Source of the DNA: Armatimonadota bacterium
GTDB lineage: Bacteria > Sysuimicrobiota > Sysuimicrobiia > Sysuimicrobiales > Kaftiobacteriaceae
DNA length: 16,869 nt
Reading direction: 5' to 3'
Assembly: GCA_037440005.1 (NCBI GenBank)
Contig: JBBIUY010000044.1
Span: forward strand, 3,824 to 20,692
Shown here in pieces: positions 1-7,203 of this stretch. The stretch's first letter is position 1. Each line of letters begins with the position of its first letter. The notes beneath the pieces are model-generated. The model saw nothing but the letters and a program-made list of their open reading frames with translations, ran no database searches and was not told where the DNA came from. The translations under genes were made by a program, and so were the position numbers.

Positions 1-1
1 G

Positions 2-46
2 GACCTGCGGGAGATCCTCGCTTTGGACCTGGCGGAGACCCGCTGA
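2..46 (+). CDS. 3' end of an unidentified CDS running in from the left edge (…DLREILALDLAETR*)
   Basis: Open frame 2..46 with GC3-rich codons ending in TGA, convergent with the 78..473 gene; too short to identify. Confidence 0.45.
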   Translation, partial: DLREILALDLAETR

Positions 47-77
47 GGCGCCGGGGCGCCGCCGGGCCGGGGCTGAC

Positions 78-473
78 CTACCAGAGGTGCCGGAACTTGG
101 CCGCGAAGCGGCGCTCGAGTTCCTCCTGGTGGAGGGCGTAGATGGGGCACTCCCTCAGGCGGCAGATGTGCAGGGCCTGGTTGCAGAAGGCGTCGGGGAT
201 CTCCCAGCACCGGGGGTTGACCAGGTAGGCCGCGCACACCCCCCGGCGGGGGTGCAGGGTCAGCGCCTGGGGCTGCGGGGCGGCCGCCGGCGCGGGGGGT
301 GGAGGCGGCTGCACCAGGCGCAGCAGGGGGCGGTCGGGCGTCCGGGAGGCCGCCCGGTCGGAGCCCTCCGGCTCAGCCGGCGGCGCCGGAGAGGCGAGCT
401 CGGCCAGCTCCGCCGACGCGTCCTGGATGAAGGCCCTAATGCCGCGCCGCAGCTCCTCGCGCTCTTTCCTCAT
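78..473 (-). CDS. Hypothetical 131-aa protein: basic amphipathic N-terminus, Pro/Ala linker, Cys-rich C-terminal domain; putative ParA partner
   Basis: ATG at 473 (MRKEREELRRGIRAFIQD) with GGAGG ~12 nt upstream; overlaps the parA 3' end by 38 nt; C-terminal CAAYLVNPRCWEIPDAFCNQALHICRLRECPIY. Confidence 0.75.
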   Translation of the reverse strand: MRKEREELRRGIRAFIQDASAELAELASPAPPAEPEGSDRAASRTPDRPLLRLVQPPPPPAPAAAPQPQALTLHPRRGVCAAYLVNPRCWEIPDAFCNQALHICRLRECPIYALHQEELERRFAAKFRHLW

Positions 474-1263
474 GCAGCCGCACAACCTCCCGGGCCAGTT
501 CCATGTACTCCTGGGCGCCCCGGGACGACGGATTGTGGATGAACAGGGGGACACCCACCATGGACGACTCGACCAGCTTGATGTTGAAGTGGATCGACGT
601 CTGGAAGACCTTGTCGCCGAAGAAGTCCTTGATCCCCTGGAGGATCTCCCGGCTGATGTTGGTGCGGGCGTCGTACATGGTGGGCAGGACCCCGAGGATC
701 TCCACGTGGTGGCCCACCTCCTCTCGCACCATCTTCAGGGTCCGCAGCAGCTGGCGCATGCCCAGCAGCGCGTAGTAGTGGGTCTGGATGGGGATGATCA
801 CCTCGTCGCTGGCCACCAGGGCATTGAGGGTCAGCAGGCCCAGGCTGGGCGGGGTGTCCACGAAGATGTACGCGTACTCCCCCAGGACCGGCCCCAGGCG
901 CCGCCGCAGGGAGTTCTCGCGCCCGATCCGGGGCGCCAGCTCCAGCTCGGCGGCGGCCAGGTCGATGGAGGACGGCGCCAGGTAGAGGTTGCTGACGGTG
1001 GTGGGGACGATCACCTGGGGCAGGGTGACCTCGCCGCCTTCCTCGTCGCCGCCCACCAGGACGTGGTAGACGGTCCGCGCCAGCCCCGCCGGGTCCACGC
1101 CCAGGCTGACGGTGGCGTTGGCCTGGGGGTCCAGGTCGATGACCAGGGTGCGCCGCCCGGTCACGGCGAGGCAGGCCGCCAGGTTCACGGCCGTGGTGGT
1201 CTTCGCGCAGCCGCCCTTCTGGTTGACCAGCGCGATGACCCGGGCGGGTTCTGACTCGGTCAC
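436..1263 (-). CDS. parA: ParA/Soj family ATPase (275 aa), orphan (no adjacent parB)
   Basis: GTG at 1263 after GGAGGAG; deviant Walker A NQKGGCAKTTT, DLDPQANAT, Walker B region FVDTPPSLGLLT, MYDARTN, C-terminal SRGAQEYMELAREV, all Soj-like. Confidence 0.93.
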   Translation of the reverse strand: MTESEPARVIALVNQKGGCAKTTTAVNLAACLAVTGRRTLVIDLDPQANATVSLGVDPAGLARTVYHVLVGGDEEGGEVTLPQVIVPTTVSNLYLAPSSIDLAAAELELAPRIGRENSLRRRLGPVLGEYAYIFVDTPPSLGLLTLNALVASDEVIIPIQTHYYALLGMRQLLRTLKMVREEVGHHVEILGVLPTMYDARTNISREILQGIKDFFGDKVFQTSIHFNIKLVESSMVGVPLFIHNPSSRGAQEYMELAREVVRLHEERARGAAARH

Positions 1264-1313
1264 GCTCTCCTCCCGCACCCGGCGCCGTTGCGGACCGCCG
1301 CGGGCGTCGGCCC

Positions 1314-1721
1314 TCAGCGGCCCGCCGGCTCCCGGCGGAGGTACCACTCCAGCCGGCGCTCCACCGCGTCCACCACCGCCGCGGCCGCGGCGTCCTCCAG
1401 GGGCCCGGCCCGCCCCAGGGCCGCGCCCACCAGGTGCTCGGAGCCCCGGGGCGTCTCCACCACCAGGTGCACGACCACCAGCGGCCCGGCCGCGCTCCGC
1501 TGCACCACCGTCCGCCGCAGGGCCGCCGTCACCCCCGCCGGCAGGGCCTGGCCCACCGCCGCCGCGGCCGCGTCCGCCGCGGCCAGGACCCCCGCGGACT
1601 CTCCGGGAGGTCGCTCCGCCCGGCCCGTCAGCGCCGTCTCGCCGCAGAGCAGGGTGACCGTGGCCGCCACGCGCTCGGGCGTCCGCTCGACACGCACCCC
1701 TGCCACCCGTACCCGCGCCAC
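1314..1721 (-). CDS. Hypothetical 135-aa protein, probably a LeuA allosteric/dimerisation-domain-like fold
   Basis: GTG start after GGGGA; strand-strand-strand-helix pattern repeated twice, ending LVGAALGRAGPLEDAAAAAVVDAVERRL, resembling the G-x-A...D...AA..A..DA.NR end of LeuA regulatory domains. Fold is an inference. Confidence 0.6.
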   Translation of the reverse strand: MARVRVAGVRVERTPERVAATVTLLCGETALTGRAERPPGESAGVLAAADAAAAAVGQALPAGVTAALRRTVVQRSAAGPLVVVHLVVETPRGSEHLVGAALGRAGPLEDAAAAAVVDAVERRLEWYLRREPAGR

Positions 1722-1801
1722 CGTGTTCCCCGCTGGCTGGTCAGGTTACGGCGCGGACCTGCGGGGGGAGACAGGGCACCGTTCCCGTCGTTCGGATGCC
1801 T

Positions 1802-1829
1802 GTTCGACTCCGTGCGGAGGTTTTCCTCT
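1802..1829 (-). promoter_or_regulatory. Putative sigma-H-like promoter for the 1314..1721 / parA / partner operon
   Basis: Minus strand AGAGGAAAA-N12-GTCGAAC versus B. subtilis sigma-H consensus RNAGGAWWW-N11/12-RNNGAAT. Confidence 0.45.
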
Positions 1830-1840
1830 GTCAACCCCGA

Positions 1841-1849
1841 TGCTACAAT
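1841..1849 (+). promoter_or_regulatory. Extended -10 sigma70-type promoter for fbp
   Basis: TGCTACAAT (TGn + TACAAT), 46 nt upstream of the fbp ATG. Confidence 0.6.
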
Positions 1850-1895
1850 GGCCCCGAACCCACGACGCGCCGGCGCAGCGGGGGGAGGCGGGAGC

Positions 1896-3029
1896 ATGCG
1901 GCTGACGGTGAGCGTGATCAAGGCGGACATCGGCGCCATCGGCGGGCACACCCTGCCCAGCGCCGAGGTGCTGGGGGAGGTGCGGGACCGGGTGGCCCCG
2001 GAACAGGGCCGCCTGCTCATCGACGCGTTCGTGTACCACACCGGCGACGACATCGCCATCGTGATGACCCACACCCGGGGGGTGGACCACCCGGACGTCC
2101 ACCAGCTGGCCTGGGACGCCTTCCGGGCCGCCACCGAGGTCGCCCGGCGGCAGGGCCTGTACGGCGCCGGCCAGGACCTGCTCAAGGACGCCTTCTCCGG
2201 CAACGTGCGGGGCCTGGGGCCGGGCTCGGCGGAGATCGAGTTCGAGGAACGGCCCAACGAGGCCGTGGTCATCCTCACCGCCGACAAGACCGAGCCGGGG
2301 GCGTTCAACCTGCCCCTGTACCTGGTGTTCGCCGACCCCATGTACTCGTCGGGCCTGCTGCTGTCGGAGCCCCTGCACCCGGGGTTCACCTTCCGGATCA
2401 TGGACGTGGACCACACCGCCGGGGACCGGGTGATCACCCTGGACGCGCCCGAGCGGCTGTACGACATCGCCGCCCTGCTGCGGGACACCCACCGGTACGT
2501 GATCGAGTCCATCTGGTCCCGGGCGCACCCCGGGGAGCAGGCGGTGGCGGTGAGCACCTCGCGGCTGCGGAACATCGCCGGTCGGTATGTGGGCAAGGAC
2601 GACCCCTGCGCCGTGGTCCGGGTGCAGAAGATCTTCCCCGCCACCGAGGAGCTGGGGCCGGCGTTCGCCCTGGGCCCCTACGTGGCCGGCGACACCCGCG
2701 GCAGCCACAACCTGCCCCTGATGCCCGTGCCCATGAACACCCCCGCCTCCACCTTCTTCTGCTGCCCCATGGTCTGCGGGCTGGGGTTTTCCATCCACGA
2801 GGGCCGGCTCACCGGGCCCACCGACCTGTTCGCCGACCCGTTCTGGCAGGCGGTCCGGGACCGGATCGCCGCCAAGGCCATGGAGATGCGGCGCCAGGGG
2901 TTCTTCGGCCCGGCCATGCTGCCCATGTCCGAGCTGGAGTACGGAGGCATCGTGGCCCGACTGCGGAGGCTGGAGCGGGAGTTCGTGGTGCGGGCCGAGC
3001 CGGCGGGCGCGCCGGTGCGGTCCGAATAG
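1896..3029 (+). CDS. fbp: Bifunctional fructose-1,6-bisphosphate aldolase/phosphatase (class V FBPase), 377 aa
   Basis: ATG at 1896 after GGAGG/GGAG; motifs VIKADIGAIGGH, GDDI, GLYGAGQDLLKDAFSGNVRGLGPG, ADKTEPGAFN, YVGKDDP (Schiff-base Tyr/Lys), RGSH, ELEY. Confidence 0.96.
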   Translation: MRLTVSVIKADIGAIGGHTLPSAEVLGEVRDRVAPEQGRLLIDAFVYHTGDDIAIVMTHTRGVDHPDVHQLAWDAFRAATEVARRQGLYGAGQDLLKDAFSGNVRGLGPGSAEIEFEERPNEAVVILTADKTEPGAFNLPLYLVFADPMYSSGLLLSEPLHPGFTFRIMDVDHTAGDRVITLDAPERLYDIAALLRDTHRYVIESIWSRAHPGEQAVAVSTSRLRNIAGRYVGKDDPCAVVRVQKIFPATEELGPAFALGPYVAGDTRGSHNLPLMPVPMNTPASTFFCCPMVCGLGFSIHEGRLTGPTDLFADPFWQAVRDRIAAKAMEMRRQGFFGPAMLPMSELEYGGIVARLRRLEREFVVRAEPAGAPVRSE

Positions 3030-3067
3030 GGGGCGTTGGAGCGTTGGAACGTTGGAGCGTTGGAGCG
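3030..3067 (+). repeat. Octamer tandem array (GGAGCGTT)x~5 immediately after the fbp stop
   Basis: ggggcgtt ggagcgtt ggaacgtt ggagcgtt ggagcg. Confidence 0.9.
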
Positions 3068-3083
3068 GGGGGGCGCGGGCGGG

Positions 3084-3251
3084 TCAGCGGCGTCCGGCGT
3101 CGGTGTGCCCGTCGGAGCCCTGTTCCTCCTTGAGGACCGTGGTGTCCAGCAGGCGGATCAGCCCGGGCAGGTAGCGGGGCAGCAGGGCGCCGATGACCAC
3201 GAACAGGACCAGCAGCCCAACGAACAGGTAGACGATTCCCAGTTCGGTCAC
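3084..3251 (-). CDS. Small single-pass membrane protein, 55 aa (MTELGIVYLFVGLLVLFVVIGALLPRYLPGLIRLLDTTVLKEEQGSDGHTDAGRR); absent from the ORF track
   Basis: Hand-translated: GTG at 3251 with AGGTGA upstream, 19 nt after the cca stop; GC3-rich codons; ~20-aa hydrophobic stretch then a charged tail; TGA at 3084-3086. Confidence 0.75.
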   Translation of the reverse strand: MTELGIVYLFVGLLVLFVVIGALLPRYLPGLIRLLDTTVLKEEQGSDGHTDAGRR

Positions 3252-3270
3252 GCCGGCATCACCTGATCAG

Positions 3271-4662
3271 TCAGTTCCCCGCCCGCTCCTGCGGTCCTGC
3301 CGTGCCGGCGGCGGGATCCGCGGGTGTCGTCCCGGCCGGCGCGGCGTCGGGCGCCTGCCCGGGTGGTGGGAACAGCGCCCGGACCAGGGCCACCGCCTCC
3401 TCCCGGGTGGTGACGCGGCCCTCCAGGCGCGCATCCTCCACCGCCTCCAGAATCTCCCGAAAGCGCGGCCCGGGAGGGTAGCCCAGGGCGATCAGGTCGT
3501 CTCCGGTCAGCAGCCGCGCCCCGGCCGGCCGGCGCAGCAGCCGCTCGCGGGCCTGCAGGGCCCACCGGTAGACGCTCAGGTCGCCGTGGCTGGCCAGGCA
3601 GTCCGCCCGGTGCAGCTCCAGGTGGTCGGCCGCCGCGGGACCGAGCAGGAAGCGGGCCGCCCGGGCCGGCCGCATGCGCGGCAGGTCCCGCACCCGCAGG
3701 TGCTCCCGCACCAGCTCCACCACCCGGGCGGTGTCGTCGGCGGACAGGCGCAGCCGGCGGCAGATCCCCTCGGCCAGCTCCGCCCCCACCCGGTCGTGCT
3801 CGTGAAAGCGGATGCGGTCGGCGCGGGTCAGAGTCAGGGGCTTGCCGACGTCGTGGAGCAGGGCGGCCAGCGCCAGGACCGGCGAGGGGTCGGCCAGGTG
3901 CTCCAGGGTCAGGACGGTGTGGGTGAAGACGTCCCCCTCGGGGTGAAACTCGGGGGGCTGGGGGACGCCGACCGTCGCCGCCACCTCCGGCAGCACGGCC
4001 TGCAGCAGGCCGGTCTCCTGCAGCAGGCGCACGCCCCTGCCCCGGCCGGGGCTGGAGAGCAGCCGCAGCAGTTCGTCGCGGATGCGTTCGGCGCTGACCC
4101 GGGTGATCTCGTCCGCCCGGGCGACGATGGCCTGACGGGTCTGCTCTTCCAGGTCGAACTGCAGCTCCGCCGCCAGCCGCACCGCCCGCAGCATCCGCAG
4201 CCTGTCCTCGGCGAACCGCACCTCGGGCGGCCCGATGGTGCGGATGAGCCGTCGGGCGATGTCCTCCTGCCCGCCCACGTGGTCCACCACCTGGCCGGTG
4301 AGGGGGTCGTACAGCAGGCCGTTGACGGTGAAGTCCCGCCGCTCCACGTCGGCCCGGGGGTCGGCGAACTCCACCCGGTCGGGGTGGCGGCCGTCGTGGT
4401 AGGGTCCTTCGGTCCGGAAGGTGGTGACCTCGTAGCGGTGACCGTCCAGGGTCACCACCACCACCCCGAACCGGGCCCCGACCAGGTGGACGCGGGGAAA
4501 CAGCGCCGCCACCACCTCGGGCGGCGCGTCGGTGGCGACGTCGTAGTCGTGGGGCTCGCGGCCCATCAGGAGGTCGCGCACGCACCCTCCCACCCAGTAC
4601 GCCCGGTGGCCGGCGGCCCGCAGGGTGCGGACCACGAGCTGGGCGCCTTCCCGCGCGGTCAC
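3271..4662 (-). CDS. cca: CCA tRNA nucleotidyltransferase (class II) with HD domain, 463 aa
   Basis: VGGCVRDLL, DYDVAT, flexible loop FRTEGPYHDGRHP, RRDFTVN, EDRLRMLR (EDxxR), SAERIRDEL; HD region HPEGDVFTHT...LLHDVGKP; GTG overlaps the upstream stop (GTGA). Confidence 0.92.
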   Translation of the reverse strand: MTAREGAQLVVRTLRAAGHRAYWVGGCVRDLLMGREPHDYDVATDAPPEVVAALFPRVHLVGARFGVVVVTLDGHRYEVTTFRTEGPYHDGRHPDRVEFADPRADVERRDFTVNGLLYDPLTGQVVDHVGGQEDIARRLIRTIGPPEVRFAEDRLRMLRAVRLAAELQFDLEEQTRQAIVARADEITRVSAERIRDELLRLLSSPGRGRGVRLLQETGLLQAVLPEVAATVGVPQPPEFHPEGDVFTHTVLTLEHLADPSPVLALAALLHDVGKPLTLTRADRIRFHEHDRVGAELAEGICRRLRLSADDTARVVELVREHLRVRDLPRMRPARAARFLLGPAAADHLELHRADCLASHGDLSVYRWALQARERLLRRPAGARLLTGDDLIALGYPPGPRFREILEAVEDARLEGRVTTREEAVALVRALFPPPGQAPDAAPAGTTPADPAAGTAGPQERAGN

Positions 4663-5969
4663 GGACCCCGCCTCCCGGCCAGGGTCGCCCGCAGCATGAC
4701 CACGGCCCGGTCCGCCTGGGGGTCGCGGGGGCCGCCGACGACCCCGCCGGCCAGGGACACCGGGACGTCGGGGGTCAACCCGTCCCGTTCGATGGACCGG
4801 CCCCGGCGGGTGTAGTACCGGGCGGTGGTCAGGCGCACCCCCCATCCGTCCCGCAGGGGGAAGATGGTCTGGACGGTGGACTTGCCGAACGTGCGGGAGC
4901 CCACCAGCGGCACCCCCTCGTCCTGCAGCGCCCCGGCCACGATCTCCGACGCGCTGGCCGAAAAGACGTTGACCAGCACCACCAGCGGACCGGCAAAGCG
5001 GCGGGCTCCCGGCGACACCGGCAGCGGGGTGAGGGCGTTGCGGCTCTGCTCCATGGCCACGATCCCCTCAGGCAGGAACAGGCTGGCCACCGCCACCGCC
5101 TCGTCCAGCCACCCTCCCGTGTTGTCCCGCAGGTCGAAGATCACGCCGGCGGCGCCGGCGGCCAGCAGCCGTCCCAGGGCCCGGTCGGCGTCCGCCCCCG
5201 CTCCTTCGGTGAACTCCAGCAGGCGCAGGTACCCGATGCGGCTGTCCGCCATGCGCCAGCGGACCGGAACCTCCCGCACCACCTCCCGGCGCAGCGTCAG
5301 CGTCCGCACGGCGACGCCGCGGCGCACCGCCACCGACACGGCGCTCCCCGCCGGTCCGTGCAGGCGGGCGGCGGTCTGATCGGCGGCCTCGGACGCGGTG
5401 GGATGGCCGTCCACGGCCACCAGGACGTCTCCCGGGCGCAGCCCCGCCCGGTCGGCCGGGCCGCCGGAGGTCACGTCCAGGATCACCATCTCGCCGTCCA
5501 CCCTCTCCACCTGGACGCCCACGCCGGCGTGCTCCCCCCGCAGGTCCTGCATGTACAGGGAGAAGTCGGCGGGAGCGAAGACGGCGCTGTGGGGATCCTC
5601 CCCCGCCTGGACCATCGCCCGGAGGACCTCCAGCAGGACCCGCTCGGCGTCCCGGGCGGACAGGGAGACCACCGCCTGCACGTACGTCGCCACCGCCGGC
5701 AGGTCCCGGTCGGGATCGCCGGCCAGGGCCGGGGGAGCGGGTGCGGGGACTCCGGCGGGCAGGGCGCGGCCCGCGGCCGCCAGGGCCCGGGCCAGGACCG
5801 CATCGGAAGGCGGAGGGGACAGCGCCTGCTCGCGGATGAGGCGGGCGGTGTCGGCGACGAGGGCTCCGGCGAGGTCGGCGGGGGAGCCGGCCAGGCTCGC
5901 CGGCACGATCCCGGCGATCGCGACCGCCACCGCGACCGCCACGCACACCCGGCGGTACACCCTCAGCAC
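4659..5969 (-). CDS. S41 family C-terminal processing protease (CtpA-like) with signal peptide and PDZ domain
   Basis: GGAGGAG RBS; hydrophobic N-terminus; PDZ AGVGVQV...GPADRAGLRPGD; DLRDNTGG, SASASEI (catalytic Ser), TFGKSTVQ (catalytic Lys), GLTPD. Confidence 0.92.
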   Translation of the reverse strand: MLRVYRRVCVAVAVAVAIAGIVPASLAGSPADLAGALVADTARLIREQALSPPPSDAVLARALAAAGRALPAGVPAPAPPALAGDPDRDLPAVATYVQAVVSLSARDAERVLLEVLRAMVQAGEDPHSAVFAPADFSLYMQDLRGEHAGVGVQVERVDGEMVILDVTSGGPADRAGLRPGDVLVAVDGHPTASEAADQTAARLHGPAGSAVSVAVRRGVAVRTLTLRREVVREVPVRWRMADSRIGYLRLLEFTEGAGADADRALGRLLAAGAAGVIFDLRDNTGGWLDEAVAVASLFLPEGIVAMEQSRNALTPLPVSPGARRFAGPLVVLVNVFSASASEIVAGALQDEGVPLVGSRTFGKSTVQTIFPLRDGWGVRLTTARYYTRRGRSIERDGLTPDVPVSLAGGVVGGPRDPQADRAVVMLRATLAGRRGP

Positions 5970-6000
5970 GGCAGGCTCCTCCGGACGCCCGGACGGGCCC

Positions 6001-7107
6001 TTATGCGGGCGCGCCGGCGCGGGTGCGGACGGCGTCGATGATCCCCCCGCCCAGGACCACGTCGCCCTCGTAGAGGACCACCGCCTGCCCCGGCGAGGGA
6101 GCCCGCTGGGGGCGGGCGAATTGGACGGTCACCTGGCCCGGCTGAGGCCCCGGGAGGGCGGTGGCGTCGACGTCCTGACCGCCGTGGCGGACCCGGGCCG
6201 TGACCTTCCGGGGAGCGTCCAGGCCGTCCACGGCCACCCAGTTCATGGCGGAGGCCACCAGCCCCTCCGCCAGCAGGTCCTGCTCTGAGCCGACCACGAT
6301 GGCGTTGCGCGGGGCGTCGATGGCCACCACGTACCGGGGGACGCCGGCGGCCACCCCCAGGCCCCGCCGCTGGCCCACGGTGTACCGCCCGATCCCGCGG
6401 TGTTCGCCCACCACGCGGCCGGCGGTGTCCAGGATGGGCCCGGGACGCAGCGCCTGCGGCCGCAGCCGCCCGACCACCTCGGCGTAGGACCCCCGGGGGA
6501 CGAAGCAGATCTCCTGGCTGTCGGGCTTGTCGGCCACCGGCAGGCCGAACCGGCGGGCCAGGGCGCGGGTCTGGTCTTTGGTGTAGTCGCCCAGCGGCAG
6601 GCGCACGCGCGCCAGCTGGCTCTGGGTGAGGCCGTACAGGACGTAGGACTGGTCCTTGCGGGGGTCCCGCCCCCGCAGGAGCAGGTAGCGGCCAGTGGCG
6701 GGGTCGCGCGCGACGCGGGCGTAGTGGCCAGTGGCCACCCCGTCCAGACCCAGGGCGTCGGCCCGGGCCAGCAGGAGGGAGAATTTGATGGCCTGGTTGC
6801 AGGCGATGCAGGGGTTGGGCGTGCGGCCGCGGGCGTACTCGTCGGCGAAGCGCGCGATGACCTCCCGCTCGAACGCGTCGCGCATGTTCAGGACGTAGTG
6901 ACGGATGCCCAGATGTCGGGCCACCGCCCGGGCGTCCTCGATGGCCGAGACCCCGCAGCAGGCCCGGAAGGAGTCGTCGGGCTCCGGCAGCCACGCCGGC
7001 CACAGGTTCAGGGTCACCCCCACCACCTCGTGGCCGTCGGCCACCAGCAGCGCCGCCGCCACCGAACTGTCCACGCCGCCGCTCATGGCGACGGCCCACC
7101 GACCCAT
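6001..7107 (-). CDS. mnmA: tRNA-specific 2-thiouridylase MnmA, 368 aa
   Basis: PP-loop AMSGGVDSS, RACCG, TPNPCIACN, ATGHYAR, KDQSY, DSQEICF, YTVGQRRGLG, SPGQAVVLY; ATG at 7107. Confidence 0.97.
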   Translation of the reverse strand: MGRWAVAMSGGVDSSVAAALLVADGHEVVGVTLNLWPAWLPEPDDSFRACCGVSAIEDARAVARHLGIRHYVLNMRDAFEREVIARFADEYARGRTPNPCIACNQAIKFSLLLARADALGLDGVATGHYARVARDPATGRYLLLRGRDPRKDQSYVLYGLTQSQLARVRLPLGDYTKDQTRALARRFGLPVADKPDSQEICFVPRGSYAEVVGRLRPQALRPGPILDTAGRVVGEHRGIGRYTVGQRRGLGVAAGVPRYVVAIDAPRNAIVVGSEQDLLAEGLVASAMNWVAVDGLDAPRKVTARVRHGGQDVDATALPGPQPGQVTVQFARPQRAPSPGQAVVLYEGDVVLGGGIIDAVRTRAGAPA

Positions 7108-7116
7108 GGCGTCCCT

Positions 7117-7122
7117 ATCATA
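7117..7122 (-). promoter_or_regulatory. Putative -10 element (TATGAT) 9 nt upstream of the mnmA ATG, implying a near-leaderless transcript
   Basis: Minus strand ...cgcgTATGATagggacgccATG; no convincing Shine-Dalgarno. Confidence 0.5.
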
Positions 7123-7161
7123 CGCGGAAACGCGGACGCGCGGAAGCGCGGACACGCGACA
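7123..7161 (+). repeat. Octamer tandem array (CGCGGAnn)x4-5 abutting the mnmA -10 element
   Basis: cgcggaaa cgcggacg cgcggaag cgcggaca cgcgaca. Confidence 0.8.
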
Positions 7162-7203
7162 GCCCGCCCGCCCGCGCGACCCCCCGCCCGACCGCGGCAG
7201 TTG

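Noticed and set aside
1190..1225. Walker A KGGCAKT as a sign of an inactive ParA
   Set aside because: Both lysines are intact and AKT variants are common in ParA family proteins.
1829..1834. TTGACA on the minus strand as a sigma70 -35 for the parA operon
   Set aside because: The hexamer at 17-nt spacing is GGAGTC, not a credible -10.
3036..3266. 76-aa plus-strand ORF (MERWNVGALER...)
   Set aside because: It begins in the octamer array and is antisense to the better-supported 55-aa membrane protein.
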